The notes under the pieces: model-generated
What the model was told of the DNA's origin: nothing
What the model saw: the letters and a program-made list of their open reading frames with translations, nothing else
Databases searched by the model: none
Assembly (NCBI GenBank): GCA_001244265.2
Contig: CDLV01000017.1
Coordinates: forward strand, 124,001 to 188,000
DNA from: Microbotryum violaceum
Lineage: Eukaryota
Reading direction: 5' to 3'
DNA: 64,000 nucleotides
Shown: piece after piece, positions 1 to 10,657 of the stretch
Position numbering within the stretch: the stretch's first letter is position 1
How the letters are laid out: the number at the start of each line of letters is the position of its first letter
Made by a program: the position numbers and the translations under genes

Positions 1-170
1 CGGAGGCGGGTCCGAGCTCAGCCTGGCTTAGCCGTATTTCGAGGGCGTCGCACCAAGAGAGAGAGAGCTAAATATAAGTCTAATCCAGCTTCCGTGCACA
101 GTTTCCCGTACGCAGCCTCCAGGCCACCCACCACCTCCAACTCTCTACCTTATCCAACAGTTCCTCCACC

Positions 171-2132
171 ATGCCCCTCCGACTCGACTCTCGTTGCCTG
201 ACACCTCCACCCGACGATCCGTCCCGTCCAGCTTTCACGATCGACCGTAATGATCGCGCGTACGTCAAGCAATACGCCAACCTGTACTGGCTCCGGCTCG
301 TCGTCCTGCGCCCGAGGGTGTTGAAGAATGCCAAAGCGAAATGGAACGAGGCAAAGGGTGAGTCCGGAGGGGAGGAAAGGCGATGGCTTTGCGATGTGTG
401 ACGCGTCGAGTCGCGTCACGTCGATCAGGATGGGCGAGCAGAATTAGGCGGTTACAGCATCTTGGGGAGGTGCTCTCTTTCGGTGTGCAAGGAACTAATA
501 GTACCTCTGCTTTAGACTCTCCGCAACACGTTCCTCGCATGCTCGACGTCAAGGCCGGGGTGCAATGCTACATCATCGGCACCGTCTACATGGACATGCC
601 GCTCAAGCCCAACGTGCTCGAAGACCTTGCACGCGAGGTGTGTACCTTCTCGGTGGTCACCGTACTCGAATCGAATTTCGTCTTCACTGACTTTGGGTTC
701 TTGTCCCCGTTATCAGCACTACATCGCCGCCCCTCCGCCGAGACGAAAGTTCTGCTCCGTCTCGGACGAGATCATGCTCGAGGATGAATCAGGTCGTGTT
801 CGACTGGTCGGGCCGGCAATTGAAAAGGCGGCCGGGACGTTCGTAACAGGTAAGGCATCTTCTTTCTCAAAAAACGCTTTCAGCTGCTTGAAAGAAAAGA
901 GACCGACTTTGATCATCGAACGAGCAGGGACGATCATGGCCGCACTGGGTAAAGAACTCTCCTCCGGCGACTTCCACGTCACGGACTTTTGTTACGCCGG
1001 TCTACCCCCACCTGCACCCATCACCGAGGACGCGGATGCGATGAACGTCTCGGACGAAGACCGGCCCGAAGAATGGGTCGCGATCGTGAGTGGGTTGGAA
1101 ATGGGGGACGGGGATCGGACGCAGGAGATGAGGAGGGAGTTGTTGGTCGAGTACCTATTGGGTGAATTGGGTGGGAATGAGGTACGTTTCATCGAGTAGA
1201 CTTTCTCAGCGTGCGTCGATGAAGTCGCTAAGTAGCTGCCATATGTGGGCGTATCACAGCACTCGGAAGAAGCGGCCAAAATCACGCGAGTGATCCTAGC
1301 AGGCAACTCGATGGCCCAACCCGAACCAATCGACGATGCTGCAACTTCCCAAAACAACGGTACCAGCTTGACCTCAACAGAAAAGAAACCCAAACGATAC
1401 GGCTACGACGCTTCCATTTATTCTGCCAAACCCGCCTCAGCATTGGACGCATGGTTGGAACAGATCTTACCGAGTATGAACGTCGATTTGATGTCGGGTG
1501 AATCGGATCCTGTGGCGCCGACGATGCCGCAGGCCAAGTTGCATCCGGCGATGTTGCCCCTTGCGAGTGGGTACGAAGGTTTCAAGTCGAGGACGAATCC
1601 GAGTTGGTTTCAAATTGGACGGGCCAAGTGAGTCTTACTCTGATCGAGCGTTTATGAGCCGACATGGACTGATCCCTAGCCTATTCCGACGCCTGTTCAG
1701 CTTCCTGGGAACGAGCGGGCAACCGCTGGACGACATTTTCAAGTACTTGACCTCGGAGGACCGCCTGGGAGTGGCGATCAAGACGTTAGAATGGTCGCAC
1801 ATCGCACCGACGTGTCCCGATACGTTATGTACATCATCAGCGAAAAGTCTGACGTGATGATCTCAGAAACCTAATCACCCGTTTCTATCCTTTCAGGGTG
1901 CTACCCCTTCTCCGATCGAGATCCGTTCATCCTGCACTCGACGCCTCAAGTCTACTTCATCTCGAACCAATCTAAATTTGAAACCCAACTACTCGAGCAT
2001 CCCTCCCCACAGGCAGGTAGTGAACCGCTGAGGACGCGTGTGATCCTCGTACCCAAATTTTCGCAAACAGGTCAGGTCGTGTTGGTAAATTCGAGGAGCT
2101 TGGAGGTCAAACTGGTGGGTTTTGAGGTGTAG
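171..2132 (+). CDS. POL31: DNA polymerase delta small (B) subunit, multi-exon
   Basis: Spliced ORFs give YVKQYANLYWLRL, GTVYMDMPLKPNVLEDL, LEDESGRVRLVG, RVILAGNS, TNPSWF, GTSGQPLDDIFKY, HIAPTCPDTL-CYPFSDRDPF; ATG at 171, TAG at 2130-2132; GT-AG introns. Confidence 0.93.
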
Positions 2133-2587
2133 GGATCCTTTTGGGGGGCGGCTGTGATCTTGTAGCATTATGCATGCAATTTTGTCGAGTGTGTTTTGCA
2201 CAAACTTTCGGATGGGTCCGAGCTCGCGCTTGAGGGGTTTTTAAAAGCCCGACGCTCCTAATAGTTGACCTGAGTTTCACCCACAAGCTGAGCCATCGTT
2301 CACCATGGTTCTTCCTTTTTCAGATTTGGCTGTGCAAGCTTCCCCTGCTGGATCATGATTCCTCGCGTCCACTGCAAGCTCTTTTCTCGGAGACTGGATG
2401 GGTCGCACCGCCATTGCATTGGCGCACAGGCGCGTATGTCGCCGCCGCAAGCGTAAGCGTGTGGGAATTGAAATCGTTGGCCCAGGTTGGCCCAGGCGGC
2501 GTGAGGCGGCGTCCGACGGTGAACGGTCTCTCGTGCGCAGATCCCACTGCCAGCCACAGTCCACTCCACCCGCAACCTCCCTCAACG

Positions 2588-4409
2588 ATGGTCAACCGAA
2601 CACGGACGTTGCTGCTCTCCGGTCTGTTGTTGGTGGTGCCTTGCGCACTGGGTGAGTGTCCCTCTCCCTCGTGGTTGACTCTCTGAGCGCTGTCACAACA
2701 TTGCTCAGCTTGGCTTCGGACGCGGCGCGCGCGCGCGGGTGTGTGTGTGTGTGTGTGCGTGTGTGTGTGGCGACCCGAGTGCGGCGGTCACCTCCGACAT
2801 GGGTGCTGCACTGCGCTGGCATGGCATGGCATGGCATCAGAGCTCTGTGCATGTCCTTCCGCCGTGCTGATTCAGTGACTAACCATGCCCTTCTACTATG
2901 CTCACGTCACCTCGCTCGCCGGTCGCTGCTCTCGTCGTGCTCGACCTGGTTTCGCACTCCGATCGATCGCATCACCTCACCCGTGTGATGCATCCGCATA
3001 CGCACCGCACTTGGATCGACTTTTCATCTCACAGCCCAAACGATCACGACGATCGCTACGGAGCAGGTCAGTACACACGACTAATTCCTGCATGTTTTAC
3101 GCTGTAATCACTGAACCTGATTCTTTCCTTTCCGCGCCTGCCCTCGCTCGGCCTCCTCGCTCGTGTACGGTACAGGACACGCTCTCGACCATCATCCCCG
3201 GAACGTGCTCGACGACATGTGCGACATGGCTCACCAGTCTCGGCGTAAGTAGCTTATTCAATCATCCCACAACTGGCCATCGAAACGCGCAGTCTGGCAC
3301 GTCGACCTCGGCACCTCGCTCGGCTCTACTTGTCCGCGCCGACTGTTTGGGCTGGCGTGCACCAACCCCCAGCCGCCAACGCTGTCCGCCGAGCCGGTCC
3401 GGTCCGGTCGCGCGAGGCCTCCTCTAAAAACGACCTCCTTTCGGCAACACTTGGCGCCGACGAGCGGTGCGATTCTCAGGAGACATTGCGAATGTACCCC
3501 CCTTCCCCCCCCCCCCGTTTGGCGTTTGTTTCCTGCGAGAAGGAGCCGAGAATAAACCATCTGTGGGGGTCCGACATGCGTCGACGGGTCATCCCCGACC
3601 TATTCCTAGACTACAAACCCGGCGGACGAGCCATGACGAGCGAGCAGGCAGTCGTTGACCTTCTTACCTCCTCTCTTCTTCCCAGGCCTGTCCCTCCACA
3701 CCGGCTACGACGGCCGCGACGACCGACTACAACACCTGCGTCTGTGACGCCGCGTTCGTCACGGCCTTCACCACGTGCTCGACCTGCATGACTACCGCCT
3801 TGACCGCAGCGAGCGATCCTCAGCTCGCCTTACCGGCGACGGCTTTGACCGGTGAGTGGACACTTTTTAGTCGTGTTCTCGATTCCGTCGATGGATCCCT
3901 GGACGAGATGAAAACACTGGGACGTGGCGGCGAGCTTTCAAAGTGCCGGACCTCGGCGCATACGAGCAGCCCGACGTCGGAGAGGGCTACGGCTGGAACA
4001 TGCCATCAGACGAGAATGGATACAGCAGATGCTAAATGTTGCCCTTCTTCATCGCACGACAGACTTGACTGCTTACTGCGCCACCGTCGCCGGAGGAACC
4101 GCCGCCGCCACCACCACCACCACCACCGCCGCCGCCACAACCGCCACAACTGCCGCAGCGACGACCGCCGCCGCCTCAGCAACGACGAATGTCGCCTCCT
4201 CCGTCGCCGCTTCTCCTACTGTCTCCACTTCGAGCGCAACGCCTTTCAACGCGACCCCTACGGCGGTGATCGTCACCTCCGTCTTCCAGGGTCAAGGCTT
4301 CCCGACACAGACCAAGTCCACGAATGTGTTTACTGGCGATGCGCAAGGTCGTGTGCAGGTCACGTTGGGGGCTCTGCTTGTTGCCGCGGGCGCGGTTTGG
4401 TTCGCTTAG
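2588..4409 (+). CDS. Secreted Cys-containing, Thr/Ala-rich, probably GPI-anchored cell-surface protein (5 exons)
   Basis: Signal peptide MVNRTRTLLLSGLLLVVPCAL; exons ~2588-2651, 3035-3066, ~3176-3244, ~3685-3851, ~4062-4409; Cys module (CSTTC, CVCD, CSTC, YC); T/A-rich stalk; hydrophobic C-terminus VTLGALLVAAGAVWFA. Confidence 0.8.
2722..2769. repeat. (GC)n followed by (GT)n microsatellite in intron 1
   Basis: gcggcgcgcgcgcgcggg-tgtgtgtgtgtgtgtgtgcgtgtgtgtgtg seen directly. Confidence 0.9.
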
Positions 4410-4793
4410 ATGTGATGCCGAGCGGTCGTTGGGGTGGTCGTTGAAGGGGCGAGAGATCAACTTGGGTTGAACGACTGAGGCACCCCGATGTCCCCTGAGT
4501 ATGATAACGAGAACGCAGGTTTATATCGACACGCATGGACAATGGTTCCGATTATTATTATTCTTCTTACTACTCCCTTGCTTTCTTCTTTTTTATCTGT
4601 GTGTTTGCTATACAGTTCTTGTATTCCCTTTCTTCGGGTCGTTGGGTTCGATCGTGGTCTTTCCTTCTCTTAAGCTTCCTTTCGGTCAAGTGCTGTCGGA
4701 CAAATCAAGTCTCTCATCGAGGTTGTCGGGCCATGCAAAATTGCAGATCATCACAAAAACAAACAAAAAATAAAAAATAAAAAAAGCGTAAGC

Positions 4794-6576
4794 CTACACC
4801 AAATCGTATTCCCACTCCCTCTCCTTGACTTTTCCCTCCTTCACCGCCTTCCTCCACTTGATCCTCAATTCCAAACTAACGAACCTCCTCGCCTCCCTCG
4901 AAAAACTACTCTCATCATTCCTACCATCCTCTTCCCTCTTATCCCCCCTCTTCTCCGCCGTTTTTTTAAACCAAATTCTCTCGGGATCATAATACTTGAG
5001 ATACCTTTCCCAAGCTTCGGATTCCCAAAGATGATAAGTGAATTGAGTATCATAACCCGGTGCTAATCGATCCGGTTGATGAAAATCGTAAAGAGGTGGA
5101 GATCGATGAACGAGTCGTAAATGATCATCATGCCAGATCGGCCAGAAGAAAGCGAATTTGTTTAAAACGATGAGGTCCAAAGGGTAGGATTGGGCGAGAA
5201 GGTAAGGGAGCGTAACGGAGTGGTAGGCCCAACGTGTGGAAGTGAAGTTTTGGTAAGCGTTGTACCAACGGACTATGGAGGGTCAGTTTTTGAATTGGGC
5301 GTTAGTATGCTTCCGAGGGGGGATAACATGGTTGCTTATTCTGAAAGTTTTGACCGCCGTTAACGCACCCACGAAAGATGAATAGGGTCTGGAGAGCATC
5401 ACGGCGTTGCAAAGACCGGAAGGGGGAAGTTTAGGATCGAGATTCGGTTGCGATTCCATCGCCATCACCATCGGGAACTTGTACAACGGTCCAAAATCTT
5501 AAGTTGAAAAAAACCCCATTAGAGATCAGTTACGCGTCTGACCATGATGAGCCTAAACCCTTTTAAAAGTCTCACCTTTGATAACCAACACATCGGCATC
5601 CAAATAAATCCCTCCATAATCCCTCAACACTTCCAACCTAATCACGTCCGCCTTATGAGCGAAATGTTCAACCTTGTTCCCAAACACCTCCACCACATCC
5701 CTTTGTTTAACCATGATGAATTCCGTCGTCTTAATTCGACTAGCGACTTCCTCTTTCCAAGTTTCCCACCACCAACCTGAAGGTTCGTAAACGTAGTGAA
5801 AGTAGATTCGTTCGGGTTCGATGACGTGCAATGAAGAAGTGAAACAGAGGTATTGGAGGAACGAGAAAGGTTTTCCTCCAAAAGTTGGGGATAATCCGTA
5901 GATGTAGTGCACGTAGGGGGGAACTTGGCGGGATGGGGTCGGGGAGAAAGTCGTGTTCATCGTGGGGGGGAAAGGGAGGGGGTGGTGGAAGGGGATGTGG
6001 GAACGGTACGAGAGGCGGCGGATCAGGAGGAGGAGTGATACGGCTGGTACGATGAGGTAGAGGTATAGACGAAGTCTTCGAGGTAGGATATTCCCGCTCT
6101 GTCGAGTTGAGTGAAGAGAGGAGACGTTAGCGGATCATTTCGGTTGATACTCAGAATCCAGGGAAGAAGACTGGGGTATTTCGGCTCGTTCGGGGGGTCA
6201 AGAGTGTGTGAACAATCTGTCTGTCCCCAAGAAGACTCGGGAGTCCGTTCTTCTCGACGGTCATGTAGCGTTGGCTCGGACTCCGAAGCGTAGAGGAGGC
6301 GCTCCACTTTCGTAATCCTAAACGAAGGCCGCCAGGCCCTCTCACCCGATCCAGAAGGCGAGATCACAAACCCATCCTCGGAAGCTACCCAGATCCTGTA
6401 TTTCTTACCCTATATGTCTGAGACGACAATTTCCGCTTCCCGGGGACGGGGGATGCGAGCATGAATTGAGAAAGGTTGAGTGGGTCGACACCCTTGGGGA
6501 AGGCTGGGGAAGTCGAGACACCTCCTTCTGGGGGGCGTTGTCGCATTGACGAGTCCGGTTTTGTTGTTGCCAGCAT
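4794..6576 (-). CDS. Glycosyltransferase family 32 (DXD sugar-binding) protein, multi-exon
   Basis: VPPYVHYIYGL, HFAHKADVIRLEVLRDYGGIYLDADVLV, GLCNAVMLS, WAYHSVTLPY, HLWES; start codon uncertain (ATG at 6576 or 6546). Confidence 0.85.
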
Positions 6577-6997
6577 GATTGAGAGTAGTGGCGGGCCGCG
6601 ATGAGTGAAGCGGCGGAGTGGGTGGGGAAGAAGGAGGAGGGAGCCAGGTGAGAGCCCGCGGCGACAGGGGGAGTGATGGGTGCTGCCCGCCAACGTCTTC
6701 AAGTCACGTGATGTTTCCCGGGATGGTCCAATTCTGATGGAGAACTTTCTGATCCTCTGAAAGATCTTTTTCTAGGTGTTGCATGGATGAAAAGATACCG
6801 AAGTCTGGACCAGCAGAATACGCGCGATTGCGAACGCTAGAACAGATCGGTCGGGCACCCTATGCCAGTGAATGGTCGTCGTCAGGTCCACGATTTCGTC
6901 AGTTGAAACTTGCATCTCCGATCGCCTGGTGACCAGCCCACTCGGGTGCGCTCTCTTTCTCTCTTGTTCCTACCATTTCCCCGTTCCTTCATCAAAG

Positions 6998-8475
6998 ATG
7001 AGCGAAACCAAATCCTTCCGTGTCGCTTTGCTGGGTGCTGGCATCTTTGCCAGAGAATCGGTACGTACTACAATGCATGCCGGTGGCTCTTCTCCTTCGC
7101 TCCCCGCTCGCGCCAACTGCTCGGAATCCGCGCCCACTTTGGAGCTGCCGAGGGCGACGCTCTGGTCTGCACCGCACCACTTGCGTTGATCTCGATGCCA
7201 CGGAAACACGGAAACTAAAACCACTCTTACCCCACCTCAATAGCATCTCCCCGCCATCCTCGATGTTCCCTCTTTTAGCCTCGCAGCCGTCTACTCGCGA
7301 TCGTACCACTCCGCCTCGACCCTCGCCTCGGACTCTTTGCTCGCCTCTCACCAGATCGACGTCTATTCCGACGACTCCGACTCGAGCGCCAAAGGGTCCT
7401 TGGACGACCTCCTCGCTCGTTCCGATATCGATCTTGTTGTCCTCGCTCTTCCTATTCTGATCCAACCTTCGGTTATTCGGAAGGCTCGGAAGGCCGGTAA
7501 AGGGGTCGTTAGTGAGAAACCGGTCGCGAGTACGGTGGAGGAGGCGAGGGGTTTGGTCGAGGAGTATGAGAAGGAGTACCACCCCAAAGGAGTTGGATGG
7601 TACATTTCACTTCCAAGATCAACCAAACTCATCGGGGATAATCCTAGCTGACCGAGAGTAAATTTTCAAACAGGATCATCGCCGAACAATACCCGTTTGA
7701 AGCCTCTTTCGCTCGAGCTCGTGAACTCGTCGGCCAGGGCGAGATCGGTCAGATCAAGGCATTCAAGTTGGACTTTTTCGGCTTTGTCGAAGCTGATTCC
7801 AAGTACAACAACACCGAATGGAGGAAGAAACCCGAGTACCAGGGAGGGTGAGTTCGAATTGAAAAATATTTCTGGTCCAAAGTCTTCACACTCTCACTAA
7901 CCATCCTGTGGGTCCGGGTGAGCTATAGATACATCCAAGACGGTGGTGTTCACTTCTTGGCCGGTATGCGAACCGTTCTCTCGGCGCAAAACATCGACAT
8001 CACGTCCATCTCCGCCGTCGCTTCATCGATCCAACCCCACCTCCCACCCGTCGACATCGTCACAGGATCGGTGACGACCTCGACCCCCGGCGTTACGGGA
8101 ACGATCATCATCTCCTTCGGTATACAAGGTCTCGATACCAAGACGGCCATCTTCATCGGTGAGACCGGATCCATCATCGTCGATTTCGGCGTCCGTCCCA
8201 ATCTGGTCAAAGTCTATCGTTCGGCCCCACATATTGGGGGACAGGGGACTGAACTTGTCGAGAAGCATCAATCGGAGGGTGTTAAACAAGAGTTCAAGGC
8301 TTTTGCAGAAGCGTTTGGTAAAGGGATGGATAGTGAGGAATGGAGGTTGGTGGAGAAGAAGAGTGGTCCGAGAGCGACGTTGAGGGATTTGGCGCTTGTG
8401 GAAGCGGCGATCAAGAGTCAGGGTGAGAAAGTTGATTTAAAGGAGTTGGGAGGGTCGAACATCTGGGCGTTGTAG
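6998..8475 (+). CDS. Gfo/Idh/MocA-family NAD(P)-dependent oxidoreductase
   Basis: VALLGAGIFARE Rossmann start, DIDLVVLALPI, AGKGVVSEKPVA, AEQYPFE, WRKKPEYQGG, DGGVHFLAG. Confidence 0.9.
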
Positions 8476-9231
8476 ATGAGGTAAAACTTAAAAAAGTTTC
8501 TTCAATGAGATCAAGATTGCGTCAAGCTCTCGCGTAGGAGGCACGAAAATATCTTCGAGCTCTCCGTGAGGCGAGAGGTGACCTTTCGACAGAATTGGGG
8601 ATTGAGATTGCCTGGATGGTGCTGCCACGATTTACGACGCTCTGCTACAAGACATAGAAAGGAGATAAAGTACCATGTGCTTTGCGACCCCCCTTGTCCT
8701 CAATCCACGAACACGAAGGGCGCGGAACGCCACATTCGTTCATCGCTGTCACGTACCTCTGCCACCCTCCTGCCAAGGACCTTCCCCAGCCATCACGGAC
8801 GCACCCACATCAGTCTCTGCCAGACTGCTTGGACAACTGCCCTCTGTGTACGCTGCTTCTTCAACCCTCCTTATTGGATGGTTGAATAAGTGCTCATACC
8901 CCTGTATGCAGCCCCCGCCCGCCTGCCAAGCGTAGCCGTGCCTCTTGCTATTATTCACCACTTCTAGCTCCTAGAGCTAAGACAATCCTCATCATTCAAC
9001 GTTCCAGCGTTCCGGGTTGATTATCACTATTCGTACGCTTTTTTTTGAGGGTGGGTGGGAGGAGCTCAGAAGATGGAACGGCTTTGCTTGGAAAAGCGCG
9101 GTTCCGAATCAGTATCTAGGATTACTGCAAATGTCTGGGAAGACTTGGCATACCTTTGCTTGGGAAGCGCCTCGCGTACTATGGTATAGCAAAGCGGTCG
9201 ATCAAAGATGATATGGAATGAGAAGGGAAAA

Positions 9232-9370
9232 GATGGGACTGAGACCGAAGACGAGTGGGACGAGGGACGAGGGACGAGAAAGGGGCCCAAACCGAGGAAC
9301 GAGCCGAGTGCGAGAACGAAACGCTGAGACTTGAGACTGGACTCGAGACGAGAGACGAGACTTGAAACAC
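9232..9370 (-). mobile_element. Possible DNA-transposon (hAT/MITE-like) terminal remnant
   Basis: Cluster of GAGAC/GACGAG motifs ending ...ctcgagacgagagacgagacttgaaacac; intergenic, no transposase and no partner end found. Confidence 0.35.
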
Positions 9371-9664
9371 GCAGAAAGTGAGAACCAGCTAAGATGCTGT
9401 ATTGGATCCTAGAAGTGGTCTAGCTAAGAACAAGAAGCAAACTTTCCTCAAACGTTCCGACCATTCAAACCGCTGCGCTCCTTTCATTCCCCTTCATCCC
9501 TTCATCCGCGCATCCGGTCCGGTCTTCCATTCAAATTCCGCCATATGATTCATCGCTGACAGTCAAGCCTCGAGTCACCGAAGTACTGAGTTTATCCGGG
9601 ACCGCTTAACCGCTGAGAAATCTGCCAAAACCGGCGTTTTGGCCCTGCGCGGACTAATGGAAAT

Positions 9665-9920
9665 TGAAAACGACTCCCGACTCGGCCCTCGAAACGACTT
9701 CGGAACTCGACCCTGCTTCGACCGAAACGACTCCGCTACAACCGCTGCTTCCGACGGAATCCCGAGTACCTGAGACCCCGCTAAAATGACGCGACCCCGC
9801 TACAGCCGGAATGACTCCTGACGGGGCCCGGTCTGTCGGAAATGACTCCGACGGGTTCCGAGACAACCTGAACCCGGCCCGCTATGTCGGAAATGTCTCC
9901 GACGGAATCCAGGGTACCAC
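9665..9920. repeat. Degenerate dispersed repeat array (RAAWYGACTCCGACGG-like motif, ~7 copies)
   Basis: aaaacgactcc, gaaacgacttc, gaaacgactcc, ggaatgactcctgacgg, gaaatgactccgacgg, gaaatgtctccgacgg; two copies of ccgacggaatcc..gtacc. Confidence 0.6.
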
Positions 9921-10657
9921 AGGGCGGGCATGGCTTACAGCAGGGACTTGAGGTAGCGCGCGCTTCGGCCTCCGCGTCAAAGTCTTGCAGAAAAGACCAT
10001 ACTCTCCTCGGAACGATTGTCTTGACGGTGCCGTTCGTCAGCGCTGAGAGGGCCCTATTCAAAGGCAGGCATTAGCGAGTGCCGAGGGCTAGAACACATT
10101 TCAATGTTGTGAATCCGATCCAGCACGATGAGCCGGGGTGGACCTCCTCGAAGCTGTTCGAGTTTTGTCAATGTATGATGCCGCGAGCTGATCGAGCTCG
10201 GCAGATCTGGTCAAGTTGGTTGACAGTGGCAACGTACATGGGAAGGAGATTCAAGTCCAATTGGTCTGTGTGGTTGAGCAAAAAAATGTGAACAGAAAAG
10301 CAACCCAGGTTAAAAGCGTGAACGATGAGGAGAGCGAGAGATGTGAGGTCTGATCATCGAGAGAGTACTAAAGTAAACGTGTTCAAAGTCAACCAACGTC
10401 GAGATCTGCCCAAGCAACCTGAAGTGATTATCTCTCAGAGGGACCAGCCCCGAGTGAGTACAAGTCCGCCATCCCCTTTCCCACAAGATGTAACAACCAT
10501 CGATTCATCACATTGCGTCGTCCAAGGGGTACAAGAAATTGGCAAATAGGAGGCACAGGGCCGCTGTTGACCGGGGTTGGTTAAAGTTCTGACCGTTTTA
10601 CATACACGCGGTTTTCGAAGTAAAGATCGGAAGAGAACGACCCGAGCATGAAGTCGA

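Noticed and set aside
6703-6712. GTCACGTG E-box (also at ~30727, 33745, 42492)
   Set aside because: Short motif also found in introns and 3' regions; regulatory role not supportable from sequence alone
8473-8490. Cryptic peroxisomal PTS1 by stop readthrough in metabolic genes (oxidoreductase, aldolase, amine oxidase, glycerol kinase checked)
   Set aside because: Frames after the stops do not end in SKL-like tripeptides and lack the TGA-CTA context
9884-10075. VLTVPFVSAERALF resembling the hAT dimerisation motif
   Set aside because: Only a loose few-residue match, with no upstream W/P motif or other transposase sequence
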